Virus record (IMG/VR): IMGVR_UViG_3300041411_000178 | Location: 160,005 to 224,004 of that record | Direction: 5' to 3' (one strand) | Length of the DNA stretch: 64,000 nucleotides | In this document: piece by piece, positions 17,350-26,104 of the stretch | Layout of the letters: every line of letters starts with the position of its first letter | How positions within the stretch are numbered: the stretch's first letter is position 1 | Notes under the pieces: generated by a model | Seen by the model: the letters and a program-made list of their open reading frames with translations, nothing else | Databases searched by the model: none | Told to the model about the DNA's origin: nothing | Position numbers and translations under genes: made by a program

Positions 17350-19020
17350 ATGTACATGCAACTCTCTAATAACCGCAGTCATGGTGATATGCAGGTCCGC
17401 ACTACTCAAGATGTTGTTGAGGATGTAATGACCAACGTCCATGACGCGGTGGTTGCCACCATGGGTCCTAACGGCAAGCTTTCAGCCATTACTATCGGTA
17501 CCTCGGTGAAGGTTACCAAAGACGGTGTAACAGTCGCAAAGTCGCTGAAGTTTGTTAACCCATTCGAAGAAGCTGTAAACCGCATCATTCTGGAACCGGC
17601 AATCAAGACCGATGACGAATGCGGTGACGGTACCACCACCACCATTCTGTTGACCGGTGAACTGTACAGCCTGTACTCGCAGTTCCCTACTTACCGTGAA
17701 CGCAAGTTCATCGACAAGCTGTGCAACAAAACGATCGAAGAACTCAGCCGTATGTCGATCGCTGTGAACAACGACAGTCCAGAGTTGTACAGTCTGGCCC
17801 TGACGTCCTCTAACGGCGATGAGAAGCTGGCTGACGTCATTACCGACATCTATCACCAGGCTGCCGGTAAATACCCTGAGATCGAGCTCAAGGAAGGTCT
17901 GGGCGGGCAAGACCAGGTTGTGCGTTCCAACGGTCTGCCGGTGAACCTGATCTACAGCAACCCGTCGTTCTCCAAGAACGGCAACGGTACTGCGTCGGAA
18001 TTCACGCTCTTCGTCCCAATCGTTATCGATGACAACATCCGTAACGTAGATCCGCAGGTGCTGATCGGTCTGCTGAAAAAGGTAATGGACAGCGTTGGCA
18101 GCGAAGCTACCTTCCTGCTCATTGCTCGTTCGTTCGACAACCCGATCAACAGCCTGATCCTGCAACTGAACAACCAACTGAAACGTCAGGCGTTCATCTG
18201 CGCACAGACCAACTTCGGTGGTTCGGTTGGTACGCTGTTGATGCAGGACCTCTCGATCATGCTGGGCACCAGTATGGTTAAGGTGTTCTCGGACATCGTG
18301 ACCGTCGAACCGCGTTTTTGCGTCGACAAGCTGACCATTGGTTCCACCCGGTCGGTATTCGAAGCGACTTCCCTCGAGACCACTGACCGTATTGCCGCAC
18401 AGGTGAAATCGATCGAAGAAGAACTTAACAGCTACGAGCGTGGTGAGCGTTTCAGCATGCGTGCGCGTTTCAATGAGAAACGTCTGCGTGATCTGAAGGG
18501 CGAACTGATCACCATCTTCGTGGGCGGTGAAACTCAGTCCGAGATCAAGGAACGTATCGACCGTTTCGAAGACGTGTCGAAGGCTGTCAAATCAGCACTG
18601 GTGAACGGCATCCTGCCGGGTGTAGGTACTGCACTGATCACCGCTGGTGTGTTCGCCATGCAAAGTCTGGAAGATGAAATCGATACCGATCCTGTCTACG
18701 ACAAGATCATCAAGGCTTTCATCGAAGTGATCTTTGCACAGTACACCCTCCTGATGGGTCCTCTGATGTCGTTCAAGGGTACCGCCGAAGAAAAGGCTAC
18801 ACTCATGGAAGGTGTCTTGGACATGGACAACCCTGCACCGTTCACTGTTATGAACATGCGGGATAACACCACCGGTACTCCTCGTGACCTGGGGATCTAC
18901 GACACGGCTTACGCCTCTATCACTGCATTGCGTGGTGGCATGCAGACAGCCAAGATCCTCGCCAGCCTCGATAGCATCTTGATCGGGGACAAACTGGCTG
19001 CGGTTCATATCCAGTCTTAA
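17350..19020 (+). CDS. groEL: phage GroEL-like chaperonin (556 aa)
   Basis: TMGPNG, VTKDGVTVAK, DECGDGTTTT (ATP-binding), GGETQSEIKERIDRFED and GILPGVG; start set at ATG 17350 after GGAG; no GGM tail. Confidence 0.93.
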   Translation: MYMQLSNNRSHGDMQVRTTQDVVEDVMTNVHDAVVATMGPNGKLSAITIGTSVKVTKDGVTVAKSLKFVNPFEEAVNRIILEPAIKTDDECGDGTTTTILLTGELYSLYSQFPTYRERKFIDKLCNKTIEELSRMSIAVNNDSPELYSLALTSSNGDEKLADVITDIYHQAAGKYPEIELKEGLGGQDQVVRSNGLPVNLIYSNPSFSKNGNGTASEFTLFVPIVIDDNIRNVDPQVLIGLLKKVMDSVGSEATFLLIARSFDNPINSLILQLNNQLKRQAFICAQTNFGGSVGTLLMQDLSIMLGTSMVKVFSDIVTVEPRFCVDKLTIGSTRSVFEATSLETTDRIAAQVKSIEEELNSYERGERFSMRARFNEKRLRDLKGELITIFVGGETQSEIKERIDRFEDVSKAVKSALVNGILPGVGTALITAGVFAMQSLEDEIDTDPVYDKIIKAFIEVIFAQYTLLMGPLMSFKGTAEEKATLMEGVLDMDNPAPFTVMNMRDNTTGTPRDLGIYDTAYASITALRGGMQTAKILASLDSILIGDKLAAVHIQS

Positions 19021-19036
19021 CGTAACACAAATAATC

Positions 19037-19062
19037 GGGGGCTTCGGCTCCCTTTTATTTTG
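19037..19062 (+). terminator. intrinsic terminator with a UUCG loop
   Basis: GGGGGC-TTCG-GCTCCC then TTTTATTTT. Confidence 0.75.
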
Positions 19063-19077
19063 CCCTGAGGAATAATA

Positions 19078-19281
19078 ATGACGCCAGAAATGCAGCAGCT
19101 CTTTACCGGATCCAACCGGACCATATTGCTTATGTGGACCATCTTGGGAGTAGCAATCGGTAGCAAAACACTTTTAGGCAGTGTGTTAGTGTTGTCGTTT
19201 TTCGTCCTGATTGTAAAGACGAATTCCCATCTGGCCTTCATCGCGTCAATTCTGATTCCATTGGTTTTCATTTGGTTCTGA
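19078..19281 (+). CDS. small, almost entirely hydrophobic membrane protein (67 aa)
   Basis: GAGGA RBS; 2-3 hydrophobic segments. Confidence 0.7.
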   Translation: MTPEMQQLFTGSNRTILLMWTILGVAIGSKTLLGSVLVLSFFVLIVKTNSHLAFIASILIPLVFIWF

Positions 19282-19351
19282 GTAAATTTCTAGGGGATAC
19301 TATGCTGAACGTTTATACGTTTGGTTTTATTCCTTTCCCTGGAGAACCACC

Positions 19352-19948
19352 ATGGCAGCTAAGACGCACATGGCGTTGTTTGTTGAACGGTTTGTTAAGT
19401 TCAACAAGAATCGCTACGCCGGCGACGCCGATTATCTCGCGCTGTTCGAAGGCCTGAAAGAAACCGACCTCCAACTCGGCACTCCTGTCGATGCTGGTGA
19501 CGGCACCTTCAACATGACCATCGCTTCGGCTGGTCGCAACTTCCGCTGTGATCCACTGCAATCGTGGACCCCGGCCGACGCTTCGAAGACTTTGGGGTTG
19601 TATACCCTGAAGAACGTTACACCGCTGGCCGACATCAACGAGCTGGAAGCGCAGACCGAAGCCGGTTTGTATTCCTACACTGATGGCGCCGACACCCTCG
19701 TTGGTGTGGTCATTGCCTCCGACATCGCCGACGGCGGTGAAGAAGCTGCAATCGAAGCGATCGTGAACGCTGGTCTGGTTTACGCCATTCCAACGATCAC
19801 CACCACCGAGGGTGACACCTTCACCCAGCTCATCGGCAGCACGTTCAAGGGTAACCTCGAATGGGTTAAAGGTGCTGTACCGGTCAAGGTGATTCCACCT
19901 ACTGACTACGGCCTCCTGACCGTTGATCAAGACGCACCCGAAGTTTAA
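19352..19948 (+). CDS. probable virion structural protein, paralogue of 38417-39004
   Basis: GGAG RBS; LFVERFVKFNKNRY...WTPAD...TEAGLY aligns with LFLDRFIAYNQDRY...YQPAD...TVQGIY. Confidence 0.8.
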   Translation: MAAKTHMALFVERFVKFNKNRYAGDADYLALFEGLKETDLQLGTPVDAGDGTFNMTIASAGRNFRCDPLQSWTPADASKTLGLYTLKNVTPLADINELEAQTEAGLYSYTDGADTLVGVVIASDIADGGEEAAIEAIVNAGLVYAIPTITTTEGDTFTQLIGSTFKGNLEWVKGAVPVKVIPPTDYGLLTVDQDAPEV

Positions 19949-19972
19949 CCCGCTGGGTTGAGCTGCTCTAGT

Positions 19973-20018
19973 AAAGCCTACCGTTGGGTCATTCCCGCGG
20001 TAGGCTTTATGGCTGCTT
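19973..20018 (+). terminator. hairpin plus TTATGGCTGCTT signal
   Basis: AAAGCCTACCG/CGGTAGGCTTT stem, with the 12-mer at 20007-20018. Confidence 0.65.
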
Positions 20019-20100
20019 TACGCCAGTTAGAATTTAATGTTACACCCACGACTATTATCTACACCCGATAAAAGGTCATTTGTATTAAGGAGTTTTATCC

Positions 20101-20673
20101 ATGACCGCACAATTAAAAGCTGCAATTACAGCACCGGCTGTAATGGACGAAGAAGAGTACGCACTGGTATGTCGCGCACTGGAACCGTCCTTTGTTGACC
20201 ATTTCCATAGCCTGGGGGTTATGAAGAATGTACTGCGTGAGATGGTGTATGGTGTTGATCACCTCACTGACATGCTCAGGATGCCAGAGTGCCCAGTTGG
20301 CAAGACGCTGGTAACCATGGATCTCGAACACTACAAACTGGAATCGTTCTTCCTGTTTGACCAGTTGTTCCGGGCCACGAACAATGACTGCTGGAAGATT
20401 TCACTGCCGACTCCAACAGTCAAGAAAGAACTCGATGAATTCTTTAACCGGAGTTACATCGAAACGTTCCATTTCATTATGGGACGCATGGGAGTGGAAG
20501 AGCTGATGTTCAAGGTCGACCATGAGAGGTACTCGATCGAGTTCAACGAGATCATACCGGACAGCAAGTTGTATATCTTCCACTTCAATAACCTGGACAC
20601 ACGTCAGGGAATTAACCTGCCGTTTGCCCGCCGTCGTACGCAACATTCCTTGAAGGTCAAGCGAAATGATTGA
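20101..20673 (+). CDS. hypothetical protein, paralogue of 20933-21496
   Basis: AAGGAG RBS; FVDxF...ExVYGxDxLT...PxG shared. Confidence 0.8.
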   Translation: MTAQLKAAITAPAVMDEEEYALVCRALEPSFVDHFHSLGVMKNVLREMVYGVDHLTDMLRMPECPVGKTLVTMDLEHYKLESFFLFDQLFRATNNDCWKISLPTPTVKKELDEFFNRSYIETFHFIMGRMGVEELMFKVDHERYSIEFNEIIPDSKLYIFHFNNLDTRQGINLPFARRRTQHSLKVKRND

Positions 20674-20836
20674 TCCAAAAGATTTGCTCGACAAAGACGA
20701 TGATTGGGTCGCTAGTATGGTGGCAGACCCTATCCGTAAACAACAGCTTAAACGTCGCCGTAGGTTCTACACTGTGCTTGGCATTTCTTGCATTATTGCC
20801 GTGTTTATTGGCGCAGTGATTGGCTGGAAGGTGTAG
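20666..20836 (+). CDS. small single-pass membrane protein (56 aa)
   Basis: MIDPKDLL...KRRRRFYTVLGISCIIAVFIGAVIGWKV; overlaps the upstream stop; not in the ORF track. Confidence 0.6.
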   Translation: MIDPKDLLDKDDDWVASMVADPIRKQQLKRRRRFYTVLGISCIIAVFIGAVIGWKV

Positions 20837-20854
20837 ATTTAAGTTAAGGAGGAC

Positions 20855-20870
20855 TTCAGACCTACATTAC
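20855..20870 (+). promoter_or_regulatory. putative early promoter motif
   Basis: CTTCAGACCTACATTAC followed by CTACGTG. Confidence 0.6.
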
Positions 20871-20932
20871 CTACGTGTAACAAAGACGTTCATTAATTGT
20901 GGTCTTCCACGTTAAGTTAATAGGGAAACATC

Positions 20933-21496
20933 ATGAGTGAAGCACTAAGAAAGTTGGAGGCTACCGATGGACTGATAACTAATCTCGCCCAAGTTACTGA
21001 AAGCAAACGCTTGGGTTATTTCAAGCACATCCTGAACGTAGAGTTTGTTGACACCTTCCTCAAATACATCCCCGATGTAAGGAAGCTGCAAGAGTTCGTC
21101 TACGGGATCGATTGCTTGACGGAAATTAGCAGGAGCAGTTCATTCCCATCTGGTCGATTGTTAAACAACATTGATATCAACGAGAAAGCCGCTGGCAAGT
21201 TCAACGAGCTCCGTTGGTTGACTCGCGACCAATCTTTTCTGGGCTGCCAAGTGGGTGCTGAAACCACAGAGTTGATCACCGAGTTTTTCAGTTACGAGTA
21301 TCCACGGTTGTTCGGCGAGTTGTTCGATAAGTCGCGCCTGCCATTCGCGACCTTCGCACTCGACGGTGTTTGGTATCACCTGACTTTTAACCGCAGCTTC
21401 AACAAACTGAGAACGCACTCTGCGATCAAGTTGACCAGCGCGGACAGAAGCAGGGAAGTGTATTTGCCTTTCCTCAGGACTCGAACTGGGGTTTGA
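20933..21496 (+). CDS. hypothetical protein, paralogue of 20101-20673
   Basis: Shared motifs as above; downstream of the promoter motif. Confidence 0.8.
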   Translation: MSEALRKLEATDGLITNLAQVTESKRLGYFKHILNVEFVDTFLKYIPDVRKLQEFVYGIDCLTEISRSSSFPSGRLLNNIDINEKAAGKFNELRWLTRDQSFLGCQVGAETTELITEFFSYEYPRLFGELFDKSRLPFATFALDGVWYHLTFNRSFNKLRTHSAIKLTSADRSREVYLPFLRTRTGV

Positions 21497-21510
21497 CGTA
21501 AGCTCGCCGT

Positions 21511-21560
21511 AATCTCCCGGGCGTTGGTTGCCTGGGGGATTATGGTTTCTTTTTTATTTG
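21511..21560 (+). terminator. intrinsic terminator
   Basis: AATCTCCCGGGC/GCCTGGGGGATT stem then ATGGTTTCTTTTTTATTT. Confidence 0.7.
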
Positions 21561-21602
21561 TACCGCTGTAACTTTGTAAAGACTACTAACAAGGAGTTCC
21601 AC

Positions 21603-23183
21603 ATGAATACCCCAATAAACAAAGAGGCCACTTACATGCCCGGGCCTGTTGGTAAAACCTTCACCGAAGAAGAGATGCTGAAAATAAACCCCCATGTCAG
21701 CAAGCTCGCGCCCAACCTCATGGACGGTTATGTTTTCGTTTGGAACAAAGAGCGCGACCTGTACGAGAACATCGGGACTAAGGCTTCAGTGTTGGGGAGT
21801 AACACCCCACATGAATACATTTGCCCTGTTTCTTTTACCATGAAAGGGAATTGGGAAAGTGATGACCCACTTCCTGAGGAAGACGCACAGGTCGGTGATT
21901 GCTGGATCCGGGAAAAACACTTCTGGGCAAGAACTTCCCAGAATATTTGGAAAGACTACGGGGATGTCAGTAACGTAGGTGCTATCCAGTACTGCTTCCT
22001 GGAAGACAACCCACCACCGGCACCAAAGCCTGTGATTTTCCGCAACGTTGGTAACCACGAACTTACAGCCACCATCATCGGTGATTTCGTCAACCGTGAG
22101 ATCGCCGATGCACATGCTCCCAAAGTTGGCCACGCAGGGGAAGCATATATTGCCGACAACACGGTCTTTCTTTGGGATGTATTTAACGGGACAGGTTGGA
22201 TAGAAAGCGGTAAAGTTGGGGAAATTTGGGAACCGCTTCCTCCGCCTACATCGGGACTTGCTGAACTTTTCAGAACCCTGCCGCGTTCCAGTATGTTAGG
22301 TCATGACCGTCACAAGGATCAACGCTCCAAAGAGCAAATCCTGCAAAGCCATTTCCATGATGATGTCAGAGCCGGGTACGGTGGGACCTTCGATCAATGG
22401 TGCAGTCAGAACGGTGATCTTAATGCCGTTCTTCGCGAAGCGGCTGGCAAAGACCCACAAGGTCTTGAACACCTGGTAGCCGTGCACAATCTCGAAGAGC
22501 AGCGGGTGCGTATGCACCGCCGTGACCTGTTGGCAGACGCCAAGGCTCATCCATCCCTGGACGATGCTGAGAAACTGCTGGCAGGGGCTCTGGAGACGCT
22601 TGAGGGCGAAGAAAGTGATGCTGCTTTCAAGGCTCTCGATGCGTTGAAGAAAGTCAAGAAAGATATGCGTCGTAAGCGTCGTAACTTCTGGCTTTTTGTC
22701 ATCACGTTCTGGGCTATCGTGGGTACGGGTGTTTACTTCCTGGGTAAGTGGTTGTCTACCCAGGTTGTTACCGGTCGCTATACCGTTCCAAAGACGTGCT
22801 CGGCTCCATTCGGCCCCGGCGTTATTCAGGGCATGCGTTACTACGACTACAGCTACAAGTCGTTGTTCGGTGTGCACATGACACTGGAGAGTACTGTCAG
22901 GGAAAGCACGATCGTTACCACGAACGGCCAAGAGTTCTCCATCTTCGGTCTATCGCCTCGTAACGAAGAGTCTGACGTACCCGGAGAGCCGATGGCTGAT
23001 CGAGTGCTGAAGGCTGCTGAGGTGGAAGTAGAAACTGCTCCTAAGCCTCCTAAGGGCAAATGGTGGCGCATGAACATCTGGACCAGCGACAAAGGCACAC
23101 AGCCAATGAAGCCAGCCGAGCTGTATTTGTTCGCGTCTGAGAAGTATACAACCATGGTCGCTTATAAGGACTTCTGTAAATGA
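21603..23183 (+). CDS. single-pass membrane protein (526 aa) with N-terminal tail-fibre-like repeat modules
   Basis: AAGGAG RBS before ATG 21603; RRKRRN then hydrophobic FWLFVITFWAIVGTGVYFLG. Confidence 0.85.
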   Translation: MNTPINKEATYMPGPVGKTFTEEEMLKINPHVSKLAPNLMDGYVFVWNKERDLYENIGTKASVLGSNTPHEYICPVSFTMKGNWESDDPLPEEDAQVGDCWIREKHFWARTSQNIWKDYGDVSNVGAIQYCFLEDNPPPAPKPVIFRNVGNHELTATIIGDFVNREIADAHAPKVGHAGEAYIADNTVFLWDVFNGTGWIESGKVGEIWEPLPPPTSGLAELFRTLPRSSMLGHDRHKDQRSKEQILQSHFHDDVRAGYGGTFDQWCSQNGDLNAVLREAAGKDPQGLEHLVAVHNLEEQRVRMHRRDLLADAKAHPSLDDAEKLLAGALETLEGEESDAAFKALDALKKVKKDMRRKRRNFWLFVITFWAIVGTGVYFLGKWLSTQVVTGRYTVPKTCSAPFGPGVIQGMRYYDYSYKSLFGVHMTLESTVRESTIVTTNGQEFSIFGLSPRNEESDVPGEPMADRVLKAAEVEVETAPKPPKGKWWRMNIWTSDKGTQPMKPAELYLFASEKYTTMVAYKDFCK

Positions 23184-23791
23184 AAAGCATCAAGCATGTA
23201 AACGTAGGGACTGTGGGTCATGTTGACCACGGCCGCATGTTGCAGTACACCGGCAAACGTGGGTACAAAAGCATGGTGGAGAATTATCCCTCCGGCATAC
23301 CGTACCTTACGCGTCGTGTAAATCCATTCGAACCAGAGTGGATCTACTGGTGGGAAGGGTTGATCTACGTGGGCGGTCGGGTTATTCATAACCTGCGCAT
23401 CTACGAAGACAAGAAACCACCTGAAGAAGGAGTGATCTGCGATTCGATCTCTCCGACTGAGGGTCGTTCAAAGGAATACGAGCAGATAAAGAAGATGCTC
23501 GTTTCCAGGATGAACAAAGGTACCTCGGGCAAAGCAATGCCGCCTGAGATTACCTCGGCGATCGAGGACTTCCTCCGACCGACCGGGGTAAAGGTTAACC
23601 CAATACGGATCATGCACGAGTATGAGCGTGACCGTCGTACGGTTATTCCGTCACGTAAGTCGATTCAGTGGGCCATTGAAATGACTCACTGGAAAGACAA
23701 AGATCTTTTCAAAATCCTGGGTATGGATCAACTGTCCCCAGATCAATTAGCTGACCTAAGGTGGAAACGTACAAATGGACAATCGTCTTAA
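23180..23791 (+). CDS. hypothetical protein with an N-terminal EF-Tu G1 (P-loop)-like segment
   Basis: ATGA coupling; residues 6-19 HVNVGTVGHVDHGR versus EF-Tu HVNVGTIGHVDHGK; no other GTPase motifs. Confidence 0.8.
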   Translation: MKSIKHVNVGTVGHVDHGRMLQYTGKRGYKSMVENYPSGIPYLTRRVNPFEPEWIYWWEGLIYVGGRVIHNLRIYEDKKPPEEGVICDSISPTEGRSKEYEQIKKMLVSRMNKGTSGKAMPPEITSAIEDFLRPTGVKVNPIRIMHEYERDRRTVIPSRKSIQWAIEMTHWKDKDLFKILGMDQLSPDQLADLRWKRTNGQSS

Positions 23792-23963
23792 GGAAGAGAT
23801 GGAACACAACATCGCCTTGTACAAGGAGAACGGCCCTAACCCAGGCGATCGCTTTGCCAAAGTGCAAGGTATCGGGTTAGTGGTAATGAAATCCAAAACA
23901 CTGCCTTCGGGCTTGATCATTGAACCTTTTGAAAACGTAAGGAACGAACATGGGCCAGAGTAA
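23775..23963 (+). CDS. small hypothetical protein (62 aa)
   Basis: Overlaps both neighbours in the operon. Confidence 0.6.
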   Translation: MDNRLKEEMEHNIALYKENGPNPGDRFAKVQGIGLVVMKSKTLPSGLIIEPFENVRNEHGPE

Positions 23964-24594
23964 TAAAACCGGCGAGCGTAACCCGAACAATCCGCCGAGC
24001 CCTAACAAAGGACGCAGCATGGTTCCGGTGAATCACAAGCTGAAGTACACCGAAGAAGATATGGTCAAGGCCATGGAATTTGCCAAGCGTAATGCGCGTG
24101 GTAACTTCATGAAAGAACTCGGTCTGACCGAATTGAACTCCGGTATCGGTAGCACGCCGTCTTCGAACTGGTTTGCTAAGGGCGAACTGGAGGAGTTCCC
24201 TGAGCTGGTTAATCGTGATCGTGCAAGCCTGTGTCTGGGTCACCTTACCGATGACGAATTGGCCAGCCTGGTCTTCATGCAGGGTGACATCGATAAAGAC
24301 ACCGACATGCGTTTGTCGATTGCTGCCATGCAGTCTGGACAGCAGTACTACTCGAAGATCGCGGCGGTAACGGGCGGTAAAGAACGCATCCGCTGGCTGT
24401 CACGTCACCTGGAACTGTCCCTTCAACGTCAACGTACACAACGTACCACGATTTGGAACTACATTCTGGATACGTACGGCGAGTGCGGGGGTGAAGCTTC
24501 GATTCTCGAGGCGTGTGAAAAGCTGGGGTTGTCGAAGGAGTACGCGATGGCGCGCATGCATCCAGAACAATCGGTCGTTAAGGAGGCACAATGA
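23950..24594 (+). CDS. hypothetical protein (214 aa)
   Basis: AAGGA RBS; contains LTDDELA...KERIRWLSRHLE. Confidence 0.8.
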   Translation: MGQSNKTGERNPNNPPSPNKGRSMVPVNHKLKYTEEDMVKAMEFAKRNARGNFMKELGLTELNSGIGSTPSSNWFAKGELEEFPELVNRDRASLCLGHLTDDELASLVFMQGDIDKDTDMRLSIAAMQSGQQYYSKIAAVTGGKERIRWLSRHLELSLQRQRTQRTTIWNYILDTYGECGGEASILEACEKLGLSKEYAMARMHPEQSVVKEAQ

Positions 24595-24980
24595 AACTGG
24601 AATGTTTGATGACCGTCTGGCCATCGATCAAAAGGTCTATTGAACTGGCCTTCGCGTCCGGAATGAACTCCGGCGTTGACCCTCGTGGAGGGGAGTGCCG
24701 TGAAAAGATTATTACCGATCTCAAGGCTGAGCTGTTTGGCCATGCAGAGGAAGCCCCAGCGCCACTGGCGACCAAGACAGAAGAAACTCGAGTTCTGAGC
24801 GAAACTGACAAGCAAAAAGCCAAGATCATGTTGCTCCACGGAACACCGGAGCAACAATGGGATGCGCTTACCAGCACAGGAGTTATCCCGCCCACTACGC
24901 CAAAAACTAAGGAGAACTTAGATATGGCCGTAGGGATGGTCCGTGACTTCAAAATGATCTACCATTGCCTAGGAGGTTAA
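24591..24980 (+). CDS. hypothetical protein (129 aa)
   Basis: AAGGAGG RBS; ATGA coupling. Confidence 0.75.
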   Translation: MKLECLMTVWPSIKRSIELAFASGMNSGVDPRGGECREKIITDLKAELFGHAEEAPAPLATKTEETRVLSETDKQKAKIMLLHGTPEQQWDALTSTGVIPPTTPKTKENLDMAVGMVRDFKMIYHCLGG

Positions 24981-24982
24981 CA

Positions 24983-25273
24983 ATGGCCCGTAATACAAAC
25001 AACGAACTTTCAGCACTACCAGGTTTCTTTTACTACCCGCGCTGTAATGACGGGTTAGAAAAGCTTACCGACCGTGAGCGTTACACGCTTCTGCTTAACC
25101 AGGGTAACTACACCGTGGGTCTGAACATGGAAGATCCTGCTCAGTTCGGTGATCTGAACTGTGCCTGCGATAACGGTCGTATCCCAACCCACCGCCGTGA
25201 AGGGGCCGTGATTCCTGAATACGGCAACGTTCCTTTTGATCTGCGCGAAGTTATCGACCTCAAGGGGGAGTAA
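24983..25273 (+). CDS. hypothetical protein (96 aa)
   Basis: AGGAGG RBS before ATG 24983. Confidence 0.75.
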   Translation: MARNTNNELSALPGFFYYPRCNDGLEKLTDRERYTLLLNQGNYTVGLNMEDPAQFGDLNCACDNGRIPTHRREGAVIPEYGNVPFDLREVIDLKGE

Positions 25274-25275
25274 CT

Positions 25276-25569
25276 GTGGACAAGGTCACTGAAATAATCT
25301 TGTCGGTCGATAAAAAGATGCAGGAGTCTTTCGACGATGGGAGAGGCGGGCAAAGTGAATACAGACCGTTCCTCGATAAGAAATCAGAGTTTCTCGGCGG
25401 AGAGGAGTGTCTTGCTCTGAAACTGCATCGTCTCGATATGGGGCGTAAGGTGCTGAAAGCTGCTATTGCGCTGGGTAAACTATCTGAGGCTGATGTTCAA
25501 GAACTAACTGAACTCACCTTTCGCAAAGATGAGAGTGATAGGTTCATGTGCAGATTAAAGGAAAGCTAG
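25276..25569 (+). CDS. hypothetical protein (97 aa)
   Basis: GGGGAG RBS with a GTG start. Confidence 0.7.
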   Translation: MDKVTEIILSVDKKMQESFDDGRGGQSEYRPFLDKKSEFLGGEECLALKLHRLDMGRKVLKAAIALGKLSEADVQELTELTFRKDESDRFMCRLKES

Positions 25570-25570
25570 T

Positions 25571-26104
25571 ATGAAAGTGAATAAGGATAAACATCAGGTA
25601 GTTGTGTCTCGTGAGATGTATGACGATCTGATGCGTCTGGCCGTTATCGGTGATTACGAAAGTAGCGGTAATGGTGAGACGGCGGCTAAAGTTCGTCGGC
25701 ATGTGCGGAAGTACAACAAGCACATGCATGAAGAGCGCCAGGTTGAAGTGGCCAAGGACACAGCTGAGTATCGTCGTCTGCGTTCCAAGGTCATTGCACT
25801 GATCTCCACTCATGGTGGTGAAATGGTGTGGCGTAAATCCAAGACTCCACCACCTCCTGGTCTTTCAGAAGGCTACACCTTCTATCTCGGGTGTAAGGTT
25901 GTGGGTCGCTCTGAGCTGAATAAGCTTTGTGTCAAGGTGCGCAATATGGACGGTACCGGTAACAGCGACATCCACATTGACGCACTGCTCACTGAGCTGC
26001 CAGAAGGCTATGAGTTCGATCCTTCTGGTATGACCAGATTTATTGCTTACGACTCAAGGGTGATGGAGCCCCGTAAACCGTATCAAATCAAAAGGGGGAG
26101 CTGA
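25571..26104 (+). CDS. hypothetical protein (177 aa)
   Basis: AAGGA RBS; TGATG coupling to the next gene. Confidence 0.75.
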   Translation: MKVNKDKHQVVVSREMYDDLMRLAVIGDYESSGNGETAAKVRRHVRKYNKHMHEERQVEVAKDTAEYRRLRSKVIALISTHGGEMVWRKSKTPPPPGLSEGYTFYLGCKVVGRSELNKLCVKVRNMDGTGNSDIHIDALLTELPEGYEFDPSGMTRFIAYDSRVMEPRKPYQIKRGS

